A stretch of DNA of 64,000 nucleotides, taken from Deltaproteobacteria bacterium. GTDB lineage: Bacteria > Myxococcota_A > Polyangia > Polyangiales > Houyiibacteriaceae. The position numbers were made by a program, and so were the translations under genes. Shown piece by piece: positions 9,605 to 18,754 of this stretch. The first letter of the stretch is position 1, and every line of letters begins with the position of its first letter. The DNA lies in NCBI GenBank assembly GCA_034670305.1, contig JAXMNT010000041.1, forward strand, positions 1-64,000. Direction: 5' to 3'. The notes under the pieces were generated by a model that saw nothing but the letters and a program-made list of their open reading frames with translations, was not told the DNA's origin and searched no databases.

Positions 9605-12466
9605 TCAGGGCTGGCGGGTGATCTCCATGGTCACGTCTGCGGTCTCTTGCGCTGTGCTGCCCGCCACCGCGAGGTAGTAGGTGCCTGGCTCGAGGACCTG
9701 GTCGATCGATCGTTCCGCGGCGGCGTTGCTGCGACACAACCGTTCGTCGGCACCGCAGGCACCGAAGAGCGCGAGTCCGCCACGGCTCGAGCGCGCCACC
9801 ACCCGCGCGCGGTTCGTGAGCACGACCTTCCGCAGCGCCCACCGGTTGCCCCAGCTGCGCGCGCAGGTGGCATCGAGTCGGCTCGTGTGTTCGGCCAGGG
9901 CGACCTGGGTGGTGCCGCCGAGCAAGAGGGGTGCTTCGTCGCAAACGGCTTGGAGATCTTCGATCTGCACGTTGAGCGCGCCGCGCGTGAACGGCTCGAT
10001 CCCGCGACCGTCGATGGTGACGAAGTATGTGCCTGCCGCCAACGTCTGCGCGGCGGCGCCGGTCGCGCAGACGACGTCGGACGCGCCACAGGTGGTCCCG
10101 ATGCCGATCGCGCCGATCGCTCCGTCCGCGAGCGAGAGGTGCACTTGGCTGGCCGTCGCGAGTTCGAGTCGGTAGACGAGGTCGGCGCCGCCGTCGAGAC
10201 CACAGCTCAGCCGTTCGTCGTCGTGGGCATGGAAGCTGTCGATCGCGACCCGGCCGCTGCCTTCGATGGTGCCCGGCGCGTCGCAGCTGTCCGCTTCTGC
10301 CCCGTCGCCGTTCTCCGGCAGCACCTCGCACTGCAACGTGTGGGCGCCATGCGCGCCGAAGTCGGATCCATCGACGACGATCGCGTGGGCGCCGGCGTCG
10401 GCCATGCCCTGCACCATCGCGTTGCGGGTCGAGATGCCGAACGCGCACCGGCGCTCAGTCTCCGGGTCGGCGCAGTCGCTGCGCCAGTAGAGCACCTGCT
10501 CTCCGCCCGACGTCACTTCGCATCGAAGCCGGGATCGTTCCGCCACGGTGAGCGTGTGCACGCGTTCGTTCGCGCCGACCCCGCCGCAGGTGCCCTGCAT
10601 CCGGTCTTCGCCGCGCCGGGTGTCCGCCACCGTGCTGTAGGGCGCGCGAAACGCCGCGGCGTCCTGGCATGCGGCGGCGTTGGCACCCTCCGGCCGCACT
10701 GCGGCGTACACTCGAAACGGTCCATCGGCCCCTTCGTCCATGGTGTCGACGAACACCGTGTACACCCCGGGATCGAGCTCCGTGACGAGCTGGATGTCGT
10801 CGCTGCAAGCGACCTCAGTCGTGGCTTGGGCGCAGTCCTCTCGGATGTAGATCACCGGCGCGAACTCCTCCCCATCGACTTCGATCGCGACCTCGGAGCG
10901 TTCGCTCACGACCAGCCGAAACGCGGACTCGGGCATCGCCATCGCTTCGTAATCGTCGTCCGTGTAGTCGTTGTAGTCCTCCATGTCGTCGACGGAGGGC
11001 CCGCAGGTTCCCGAGAAGAAGTCGACGCCGCGTTCCAGCGCGCCTCGGGTGACCCGGTTGGCGACGAGCGGATCGGGGTTCTGGCAGCCGTAGCTGACCC
11101 GCACCGTGCCGGTGGTGTAGCGCTCGAGCCCCACCGCTTGGCGCGCCTTGGCGCGGACGTTCTCCCACAGCGCTTCGACCGCGTGCTGGTAGACCTCGGC
11201 CAGACTCATGTCGCCCTGCGCTCGGAAGAACTCGAGCGCGATCGACGAAGGCGCGCGGAAGATCTCTTCGTTGCTGAACGTGCCGCTGCCCGGCAACGAC
11301 ACGTCGGTCTTCACGTGCAGCGCGATGCCCGGCACCGCTTGACCACTCGGCGTGACGAACCGCTCGTGAGATCGGAGCGAGACGGTGATGTGCGCATTGA
11401 AGGGCGCGACCGCGTCGCCTTCCACCAGCCGCAAGACCCCGCCGGTGGCCTGCTCGAGATCCGGCCCGATCTCACTCACGATCGCCGCGGCGTGTTCGTC
11501 GAGTGCGATGCCTTCGAGCATGGCGCGCACCGACTGACTCTCTCCACTCGGGTGGATGTCGATGCCCGCGTCCTCTGCGAAGACCTCGTGCGAGACCTCG
11601 AACTTGAGACTGGCCTCGCACGGATGGGCCCGGGCCCACGCGAACGCTCCAGTGAAGGCGTTCTGGATCCCAGGCGGCGTCTCGCGCTGTGCGAGCGCCG
11701 CGGTGTAGGCGGCCTGGCTGACGGCCACGCGTTCGGCGAGCCCTTCGGTGGCCAGACGCGTCGCCTCCGAGGCGGCGGGTTCCGCCCGGATGATTTCGCA
11801 GAGCAGCGGGTAGTTCTCCGCGGCCACCGCTTCGCGGGTGCGGGCGAGGACGACGTTCTGGTTCGCGGTGTGTTCGTGGTCGTCGAACTCGGTGAACCGG
11901 GACGTCATCCAGCCCGTGAGGCCGCCGCTCTCTCGGAGCTCGGCCGCCCAGTCGACGTACGCCTGCCAAGTCGCTTCCGTGTCGCCACGGCGCGCCGCGG
12001 CGAACTGCCGCCGCTCTTCGCCCTTCGCGTCGATCAACAAGTAGGAGAGCAAACCGCCCACCGCGAAGAGGACCGCGAGCGCGATGAGTCCGATCTTCAA
12101 GCCGCGCGACTTCTTCTCGGCTTCGGCTTTGACCTCCATCGGATCGGCGGCTTCTGCCTCCACGAGGTCGTCTTCGGTGACCGGCTTGCGCGCCCGGAGC
12201 TCTCGGTTGTCCGGGATGCCGTTGCCGTTGTCGTCGCCTTCGACCGGCTCGGCGTCTTTCGGCGGTTCGGCAGATTCCTCGGAGCCCCCAGAAGACTCGG
12301 AAGCCTCTTGGCCCTCACCGTCCTTCGCCTGCCCGTCCTTGGGCTCACCGTCCTTGGCCTCACCCTTGGCCGGCCCGTCCTTGGTCTGGGCGAGGGGCGA
12401 CTCCGCCGAGGTCGCGTCGGAGGGGTCGCTCTTGGATTGCGGATCGTTGTCGTCGTGGTCGGTCAT
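9605..12466 (-). CDS. large membrane-anchored protein with repeated Cys-containing PPC-like beta-sandwich modules
   Basis: Acidic N-terminus, one TM (IGLIALAVLFAVGGLL), repeated C-terminal modules ending L.PG.Y.V.VD. Confidence 0.7.
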   Translation of the reverse strand: MTDHDDNDPQSKSDPSDATSAESPLAQTKDGPAKGEAKDGEPKDGQAKDGEGQEASESSGGSEESAEPPKDAEPVEGDDNGNGIPDNRELRARKPVTEDDLVEAEAADPMEVKAEAEKKSRGLKIGLIALAVLFAVGGLLSYLLIDAKGEERRQFAAARRGDTEATWQAYVDWAAELRESGGLTGWMTSRFTEFDDHEHTANQNVVLARTREAVAAENYPLLCEIIRAEPAASEATRLATEGLAERVAVSQAAYTAALAQRETPPGIQNAFTGAFAWARAHPCEASLKFEVSHEVFAEDAGIDIHPSGESQSVRAMLEGIALDEHAAAIVSEIGPDLEQATGGVLRLVEGDAVAPFNAHITVSLRSHERFVTPSGQAVPGIALHVKTDVSLPGSGTFSNEEIFRAPSSIALEFFRAQGDMSLAEVYQHAVEALWENVRAKARQAVGLERYTTGTVRVSYGCQNPDPLVANRVTRGALERGVDFFSGTCGPSVDDMEDYNDYTDDDYEAMAMPESAFRLVVSERSEVAIEVDGEEFAPVIYIREDCAQATTEVACSDDIQLVTELDPGVYTVFVDTMDEGADGPFRVYAAVRPEGANAAACQDAAAFRAPYSTVADTRRGEDRMQGTCGGVGANERVHTLTVAERSRLRCEVTSGGEQVLYWRSDCADPETERRCAFGISTRNAMVQGMADAGAHAIVVDGSDFGAHGAHTLQCEVLPENGDGAEADSCDAPGTIEGSGRVAIDSFHAHDDERLSCGLDGGADLVYRLELATASQVHLSLADGAIGAIGIGTTCGASDVVCATGAAAQTLAAGTYFVTIDGRGIEPFTRGALNVQIEDLQAVCDEAPLLLGGTTQVALAEHTSRLDATCARSWGNRWALRKVVLTNRARVVARSSRGGLALFGACGADERLCRSNAAAERSIDQVLEPGTYYLAVAGSTAQETADVTMEITRQP

Positions 12467-12571
12467 GGCGCCGCCGATGATGCGTCAACCACGGCGCGCA
12501 CGCGACCCCCTGCGTCGTGGGATCCCGGCGAGGTACCTGCGTTCCTACAAAGACCACGGTACAGTGCGCGG

Positions 12572-14422
12572 ATGCGTCGCTTTCTACCTCTTGCCATTGC
12601 CCTCTCCCTCTCCTTCTCCCTCGCCTGCGGAGACGACTCGTCCCCCACCGAAGACGGTGGCACCGGCACCGACGCGCTCACCCCAGACACGGGCATGGGA
12701 GAAGACACCGGAGGCGGCGGTGAAGATTCCGGCTGCCCCGACACGGATGGAGACGGGGTCTGTGACGACGAGGATCAGTGCATGAACGGCGACGACACCG
12801 TCGATGCCGATGGGGACGGAACGGCCGACGCGTGCGACCAGTGTCCCGACGGAGACGACGGCGAAGACGCCGACGCCGATGGCATCCCCGACGCGTGCGA
12901 TTGCGATGCGGCGACCTGCGTCGAGAACGCAACGTGCGAAGAGACCGCGATGGCGCTCTCCGCGTGCGTCTGCGACGAAGGATTCGTCGGAGACGGAACC
13001 ACCTGCGAAGCGTTCGACTGTGGCGCGCTCACCGCACCGACCGACGGCATGCTCACCGTGGACACCACGACCTTCGGTTCGATGGCGAGCTACACCTGCG
13101 ACGCCGGGTTCACGCTGGTCGGGCCCGCCATGCGCACGTGTCTCGCGGACGGGTGGAGCGACGCGGATCCAATCTGCACGTCGGTGGACTGCGGCTCGCT
13201 CGACGCACCCGCCAACGGCAGCATCGAGCTTCCCTCGACCGGCTTCAGCGCGGTCGCGACCTACACGTGCGACGAGGGCCACCTGCTGGCTGGCGACACC
13301 ACCCGCACCTGTCAGATGAGCGGCATGTGGGACGGCGCCGAACCGACCTGCACCTTGGTCGATTGTGGTGCACTCGCTGCACCGGTCGAAGGCATGGTCG
13401 ACACCGATCGCGACACCCTCGGCGGCACCGCGACCTACACCTGCAACCCCGGCTACATGGCGATGGGCCCGACGAGCCGCACGTGCCGGCCCGACGGAAC
13501 CTGGTCCGCCCGCGCGCCGACCTGCGCACCGGTGGACTGCGGCGCGTTGCCGGCACCTGCGAACGGCGCGGTGGATGCGATGTTCACGACCTTCGGATCG
13601 ATCGCGTCGTACTTCTGCAACGACGGCTACGAGCTCGTCGGCCCAGGCACCCGCAGCTGCGGCGAAGATGGGCTGTGGACCGGCACCGAGCCGACCTGTG
13701 AGCTCGACATCGTCGACTGCGGCGCGCCGCCTTCGCTCCGCGACGGCTCGGTCAGCGCGCCCGACACCACCGTCGGACAGATGGCGGTCTACTCCTGCAA
13801 CCGTGGCTTCCGCATGCTCGGCGGCCACCGCGCGGTGTGTACCTCGGCGGGCACCTGGCTCGGTCGGCCCCCGAGCTGCGGACAGCTGCTCAGCTGCGTC
13901 GGATGCGGCATGGCACAGGGCGAACCCATCCGCGCGATCGTAGACAGCCCGTCGGGCGCGACGGGTGTTCTGACTGGACGACGCGGCAACGTCCGGGCTG
14001 GTCGGACTGCTGGCACACTCCCTCAACTCCTCGAGTGGGAAAGCTGGACCGGGGGACACAGCGGGTTCTGTTCAAGCGCGACGTGCGGGAGTTGTTCGGA
14101 CAGTGGCTCGGCTCGCTGGTGGACCGCGTGCAACCAGTTCGAGACCAACCGCTTCACCTGCACCTGCAACGGCGCCTTCGCGCCGGGCGACCGGGTGGTC
14201 GCGCTCGTGAACTCGCCCACGGGCGCCCGTGGGATCTCACAGGGTCACCAGGGCACGGTCGTGGGTGGCCATTCGTCGGGGCCCACCAACATTCTGGTCA
14301 GCTGGGACGGCTGGACCGATGGTCACGAGAACTGCAGCTTTGCGGACTGTGGCCAGTGCGATGCGCTCGCCCCCGACACCCACTGGTGGGTGGGCTGCGC
14401 CGACATCGGCCGCGCGCCCTGA
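12572..14422 (+). CDS. lipoprotein with TSP3-like repeats, EGF domain, five Sushi/CCP modules and two C-terminal Trp/Cys repeats
   Basis: MRRFLPLAIALSLSFSLAC lipobox; DTDGDGVCDDEDQC; CVENATC..CVCDEGFVGDGTTC; five C..L..P..G...Y.C..G..L.G...C...G.W...P.C units. Confidence 0.88.
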   Translation: MRRFLPLAIALSLSFSLACGDDSSPTEDGGTGTDALTPDTGMGEDTGGGGEDSGCPDTDGDGVCDDEDQCMNGDDTVDADGDGTADACDQCPDGDDGEDADADGIPDACDCDAATCVENATCEETAMALSACVCDEGFVGDGTTCEAFDCGALTAPTDGMLTVDTTTFGSMASYTCDAGFTLVGPAMRTCLADGWSDADPICTSVDCGSLDAPANGSIELPSTGFSAVATYTCDEGHLLAGDTTRTCQMSGMWDGAEPTCTLVDCGALAAPVEGMVDTDRDTLGGTATYTCNPGYMAMGPTSRTCRPDGTWSARAPTCAPVDCGALPAPANGAVDAMFTTFGSIASYFCNDGYELVGPGTRSCGEDGLWTGTEPTCELDIVDCGAPPSLRDGSVSAPDTTVGQMAVYSCNRGFRMLGGHRAVCTSAGTWLGRPPSCGQLLSCVGCGMAQGEPIRAIVDSPSGATGVLTGRRGNVRAGRTAGTLPQLLEWESWTGGHSGFCSSATCGSCSDSGSARWWTACNQFETNRFTCTCNGAFAPGDRVVALVNSPTGARGISQGHQGTVVGGHSSGPTNILVSWDGWTDGHENCSFADCGQCDALAPDTHWWVGCADIGRAP

Positions 14423-14432
14423 CGTGTCCTGA

Positions 14433-14458
14433 CCGGCCTGGCGCCGAAGCCAGGCCGG
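14433..14458. other. GC-rich stem-loop (possible terminator or mRNA stabiliser)
   Basis: CCGGCCTGGC-loop-GCCAGGCCGG, 10-bp stem, no U-tract. Confidence 0.5.
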
Positions 14459-14465
14459 ACGCCTG

Positions 14466-16466
14466 ATGCCGTTCTCCGTTCGGGTCTTCGTTTTCCTCGG
14501 CGCGGCGCTCCTCTTCGCGATGGAGCCGCTCGTCGGCCGCGTGCTCCTGCCAGCGTTCGGCAGCGCCGAGCACGTGTGGTCCACGCTGCTCATGTTCTTC
14601 CAGGCAGTGCTGCTGCTCGGGTACTTGTACGTGGCCGTCGTATTGCCGCGCCTCGGTGCGCTGCACCTCGGCCTCCTGCTCGCACCGCTTCTGTTCTTGC
14701 CCTTCGGGCTCGGTTGGGGCGCGCCACCGCCGCCAGTCGACGATTCGGTCGCGTCGCTCTTGAGGCTGCTCGTGCGCGGCTACGCGGTGCCCTTCTTCGT
14801 GCTCTCCACGACCACCCTCGTCGCGCAACGGTGGTCGGAAGAGCGTTCGCCGGACCAAGACGTACACCCGCTCTACGCGACCTCGAACGCCGCGTCGGTG
14901 GTGGCGCTGCTCGTGTACACGCTGGTGTGGGAGCCGTTCGGCGGGCTGCGTTTGCAGAGCTGGCTCTGGGCGGTGGGCTACCTGCTCTACCTCGGGTTCG
15001 CGATGCTCGCGTTCGCACACACCCGGCGCGACGAAGTCGACGCGCGTCCGACAGCGACGGAGGACCGACCGGCGCCGGTGTTGCTCGACGTCCTCTACTG
15101 GATCGCGCTCGCCGCCGGTCCGAGCGCGCTCTTGCTCGCGGTCACCCACGCGTTCGTGCTCGACGTGGGCAACCTCCCGCTCGCGTGGACCGCGCCGCTG
15201 GTGCTCTACCTCGCGTCGTTCGCGCTCGCGTTCCGAGCCGGTGCGGCGGGTGGAGAGATTGCACCCGGTTGGCTCCGCCACTGGCCGCTCGCATCGCTCT
15301 TCGGTGCGCTCGCGTTCACCCGGCTGATGAACCTCGACGGGCCGCTCGTGCTGTTGCACCTAGGGCTCTTCGGCTACGTCGCGTGGGGCGCGCACGCGGA
15401 GCTTCGCCGGACAGCGCCGGAGGGATCGTCGCCGGTGTTCTACGTGGCGGTCGCGGCGGGCGGGCTGCTCGGGAGCGCCTTCGTCGTCTTCGTCGCGCCG
15501 AAGTTCGTCGCGCTCTTCGAGTATCCGTTTGCGTTGCTCTGGCTGACCGCGGTGTACGTGGTTCGGCACCCGCCGTGGATGGCGCCGCTCCGCACGAAGC
15601 TCTTCTTCGGGGGACTGCTGGCGTTCGTGGTCGCCCTCTCTCTGGCGATGCCGCCGGTGCGCGGCGTGCGGCGACTCGCGCGCGCCCGCAGCCCGTATGG
15701 CGTCTACAGCGTGCAGCAGATCGTGGTCGACGGATCCCGCGTCCGGCAGTTGCTGCACGGCCGCACGGTGCACGGCATGGCGCGGGTCCGCGGCGCGGGC
15801 GGCGACGACTTCGTGACCGCGGAGGCGATTGGCTACTACCACCCGGCCGGTCCGTTCGGCGACCTCTTCCGCACCCTGCCGCACCCGACCCGGGTTGGCA
15901 TCGTCGGTCTCGGTTGCGGCGGGCTGCTGTCGCATCTGAACGAAGGCGACCACGCGGTGTTCTACGAGATCGATCCCGAGATCGAGCGGCTGGCCCGCAC
16001 CCACTTTCGATTCCTCGAGGCCTCGCCGTCGGATGTGGAGGTGGTGATCGGAGACGCGCGCCGCTCGCTCGATCGCGCCACCGAAGAAGTCTTCGACATG
16101 CTCATCCTGGATGCGTTCTCGGGCGACGCGGTCCCCGTACACCTGCTCACCCGCGACGCGTTCGATCTGTACCGGGCGCGGCTCGCCCCGAACGGCGTCC
16201 TCGTCGCGCACGTGTCGAACCGCATCTTCGATCTGCGCCCCGCGGTGCTCGGCGCGGCGCGTCACCTCGGGCTCGACGCAGTGTGGATGGAGCGCACCGA
16301 GTTCGAGCCGCTCGAGACGATCGCGACGGTGGTCGCGCTCGGCCCTCGCGAGCGGCTCGAACCCCTGCGCCAGGCCGGCTGGCAAGATCTGGCGACCACG
16401 CTCGGCGGGCGGGCCCGCGTCCTCACCGACGACCGAGCCAGCCTGTTGCCGATGGCGCACTGGTAA
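14466..16466 (+). CDS. fused membrane domain / spermidine synthase-like SAM-dependent transferase
   Basis: Many N-terminal TMs; [53 protein letters not shown]. Confidence 0.88.
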   Translation: MPFSVRVFVFLGAALLFAMEPLVGRVLLPAFGSAEHVWSTLLMFFQAVLLLGYLYVAVVLPRLGALHLGLLLAPLLFLPFGLGWGAPPPPVDDSVASLLRLLVRGYAVPFFVLSTTTLVAQRWSEERSPDQDVHPLYATSNAASVVALLVYTLVWEPFGGLRLQSWLWAVGYLLYLGFAMLAFAHTRRDEVDARPTATEDRPAPVLLDVLYWIALAAGPSALLLAVTHAFVLDVGNLPLAWTAPLVLYLASFALAFRAGAAGGEIAPGWLRHWPLASLFGALAFTRLMNLDGPLVLLHLGLFGYVAWGAHAELRRTAPEGSSPVFYVAVAAGGLLGSAFVVFVAPKFVALFEYPFALLWLTAVYVVRHPPWMAPLRTKLFFGGLLAFVVALSLAMPPVRGVRRLARARSPYGVYSVQQIVVDGSRVRQLLHGRTVHGMARVRGAGGDDFVTAEAIGYYHPAGPFGDLFRTLPHPTRVGIVGLGCGGLLSHLNEGDHAVFYEIDPEIERLARTHFRFLEASPSDVEVVIGDARRSLDRATEEVFDMLILDAFSGDAVPVHLLTRDAFDLYRARLAPNGVLVAHVSNRIFDLRPAVLGAARHLGLDAVWMERTEFEPLETIATVVALGPRERLEPLRQAGWQDLATTLGGRARVLTDDRASLLPMAHW

Positions 16467-16479
16467 GGGTCCAACCCAG

Positions 16480-16648
16480 GCGTCGGCTTCGGCGTCGGCG
16501 TCGGCTTCGCCTTCGGTTTCGGCTTCGGTTTCGGCTTCGGCTTCGGCTTCGGCTTCGGCTTCGGCTTCGGCTTCGGCTTCGGCTTCGGCTTCGGCTTCGG
16601 CTTCGGCTTCGGCTTCGGCTTCGGCTTCGGCTTCGGCTTCGGCTTCGG
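16480..16648. repeat. near-perfect (GGCTTC)n tandem array
   Basis: Long uninterrupted ggcttc run with a degenerate left end, between convergent genes. Confidence 0.95.
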
Positions 16649-16674
16649 GGTCCGGGTGGTGCCATCGGCCGACG

Positions 16675-16717
16675 GAAAGAGGAACGCCCCGCACGAGGGA
16701 GGGCGTGCGGGGCGTTC
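16675..16717 (-). terminator. intrinsic terminator downstream of the vWA gene
   Basis: 14-bp stem GAACGCCCCGCACG / CGTGCGGGGCGTTC followed by CTCTTTC on the minus strand. Confidence 0.65.
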
Positions 16718-16798
16718 GGCCCAGGCGCGGTGCTGGCTCACCAGCCGCAGTGCTGGTGGTGAACCGCTGCGTCGCCTGGGAAAGACTCTTCGTCTCGG

Positions 16799-18280
16799 TC
16801 AGTAGCCGAGGGCGTCCATCGACTCGGAGTGGGCGCGGCGGAGGCTGCGCTCCACGCTGGCGGGCGGAGCGCTCGGGGCTTCGCCGGGGCTGGAGCGGAT
16901 CGAGCGGCGGAAGGTGTCTTGGGCTTCGGCCTGCGCAGCGTAGCTGCCGTCCTCGAAGTCGTACTGGTGCTGCTCGAGCAGCGCCGTGGCGGCTTGGACC
17001 TGACCAGTGCGCACCATCTGGATCGCCTGCAGCGTGGCGGCCGCGGCCTGGAGCGCCTGGGCCGTCTCGTGTACCGACGCGTTGCGGCTCGCTTCGACGA
17101 CCTGCGCATCCGCGTTGGCCCGGGCGCCGAGGAACGCACTGCGGCGGAGCTGTCCGGCTTCCACCACGTTGTCGACGAACACCAAGTTCGCGTCGAGCAG
17201 TTCGACGAGCGCACCCGCGCGGCGTCCAGGCGCGCTGAGGCGCACAACGAGCTCACGGCTTTGGCCTTCGCTCAGGTCGCCGAGCGCGAGGCTCAGCCCA
17301 CCGCCGCCCGCGGGCGTCTCCTGTCCGAGCACTTCCAGGATCTCGACGCCCGGTCCCGGCTGAAGCGTGAGGCCGGCGCCGCGCGCCACCACCTGGTCCA
17401 TGCGGAGCAGCTCGTCGCGAAACACCTCGGCGACGCGCGCCGGCTCTTCGACGTACTCGAAGTGGCCGTTGGAGAGCTGCGCGATCTGACCCATGAGGAT
17501 CTCGTCGTTCTCGAGTCCGAGCCCGATGGCGGCGATGGGAATGTTGGCGGTGCCGTACTGCTGCGCGAGCGGGATGACGCGCGAAGGATCGTTGGGTACT
17601 CCGTCGCCGAGCAGAACGACGCGGTTGATGCCGTCGGGGTTCATGTGTCCGGCCACCTGTTGAAGGCCGAGCTGCATGCCGCCGGCGAGGTCCGTGGTGC
17701 CCCGCGCTTGCATCGCGTCGATCTTCTGCCCGAGCTCGGCGAGGTCCGCGTCGTCGACCAGGGTCGACTCGAACACCGTCTCGGCGAAGCTGTGAAACGA
17801 GATGACCGAGATGCGGTCGCCGTCGCGCAGCATGCCGAGGATGTTCTTGCTCGCTTCGCGCGCCGTCTCGATCGCTTCGCCTTCCATCGAACCGGAGGTG
17901 TCGATGACGAGCGCGAGGTTGAGGGGTGCGCGCACGCCGCGGTTCACCTGGCCGGCGCGGACCCGCAGCCGAACGAGCACTTCGCCGCCGGCTTCCGCGA
18001 GGACCTGCTCGTGGCCGAGCTCGGCGACCAGGTCGATAACGCCCGGGTCTGCCGGGGTCTCGGCCACCTGCGGATGGCAGGCACCCACCAGCGCGGTCAG
18101 GCACATCAGTCCAAGAAATCTCAACCCCAACATGTTCGTCGTCTTCATGGGGGTGCCAACGCCGCGCGGTGCGGTGGGCTTACAGACAATCTTGGGGGCA
18201 CGGCCCCCAAACCCCGTCCGTGACACGCCTTGCTCGCTTCGCTCGGCTTCGCCGCGTCGGATACTGTTCGTCTTTTTCAT
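16799..18280 (-). CDS. von Willebrand factor A domain lipoprotein (YfbK-like)
   Basis: PLNLALVIDTSGSM MIDAS, GTTDL, NRVVLLGDG; lipobox LVGAC; start ATG 18280 with AAGGAGG, alternative ATG 18148. Confidence 0.88.
   Translation of the reverse strand: MKKTNSIRRGEAERSEQGVSRTGFGGRAPKIVCKPTAPRGVGTPMKTTNMLGLRFLGLMCLTALVGACHPQVAETPADPGVIDLVAELGHEQVLAEAGGEVLVRLRVRAGQVNRGVRAPLNLALVIDTSGSMEGEAIETAREASKNILGMLRDGDRISVISFHSFAETVFESTLVDDADLAELGQKIDAMQARGTTDLAGGMQLGLQQVAGHMNPDGINRVVLLGDGVPNDPSRVIPLAQQYGTANIPIAAIGLGLENDEILMGQIAQLSNGHFEYVEEPARVAEVFRDELLRMDQVVARGAGLTLQPGPGVEILEVLGQETPAGGGGLSLALGDLSEGQSRELVVRLSAPGRRAGALVELLDANLVFVDNVVEAGQLRRSAFLGARANADAQVVEASRNASVHETAQALQAAAATLQAIQMVRTGQVQAATALLEQHQYDFEDGSYAAQAEAQDTFRRSIRSSPGEAPSAPPASVERSLRRAHSESMDALGY
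18192..18256 (+). repeat. dispersed repeat, family B, copy 1 (in frame inside the 5' end of the vWA ORF)
   Basis: TTGGGGGCACGGCCCCCAAACCCCGTCCGTGACACGCCTTGCTCGCTTCGCTCGGCTTCGCCGCG matches the reverse complement of 59002-59068. Confidence 0.75.
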
Positions 18281-18458
18281 GTCCACATCCTCCTTGTCGC
18301 CCGAGAGAGTTCTGCAGGTTGGCAGGTCCGTTGGCGTGGGTGCGGTCGACGCATCAGCCCGACAAAGGGTCTCGCCGAAGAGAAAAAAGAAAGCCGTGAA
18401 TAGAAGGCGATGAAGCCGCGTCGCGCGGCGCGGCAACCGGCGAAAGCCGGTGGCCAAG

Positions 18459-18752
18459 CCCCTTGCCCTTGCCCTTGCCCCTGCCCGTGCCCGTTGCGTT
18501 CGCGGAAGCGGAAGCGGAAGCGGTAGCGGTAGCGGTAGCGGAAGCGGACGCGGAAGCGGACGCGGAAGCGGAAGCGGAAGCGGAAGCGGAAGCGGACGCG
18601 GTAGGGGTAGCGCGGAAGCCGACGCCGAATCCGAAGCCGACGCCGAACCCGAAGCCGAAGCCGAATCCGAAACCGAATCCGACGCCGAAGCCGTCGCCGA
18701 ATCCGAATCCGAATCCGACCCCGACCCCAACCCCGACGCCGCTCCCGATCCC
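18459..18752. repeat. composite hexamer array (CCCTTG, then GCGGAA/GCGGTA, then CCGAAG/CCGAAT)
   Basis: Directly visible three-block array, intergenic. Confidence 0.9.
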
Positions 18753-18754
18753 GC

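Noticed and set aside
9137-12571. N-terminal extension of the 1761-aa ORF
   Set aside because: It is the antisense shadow of 9605-12466 plus translated hexamer repeats; the real gene starts at ATG 12572 with a lipoprotein signal.
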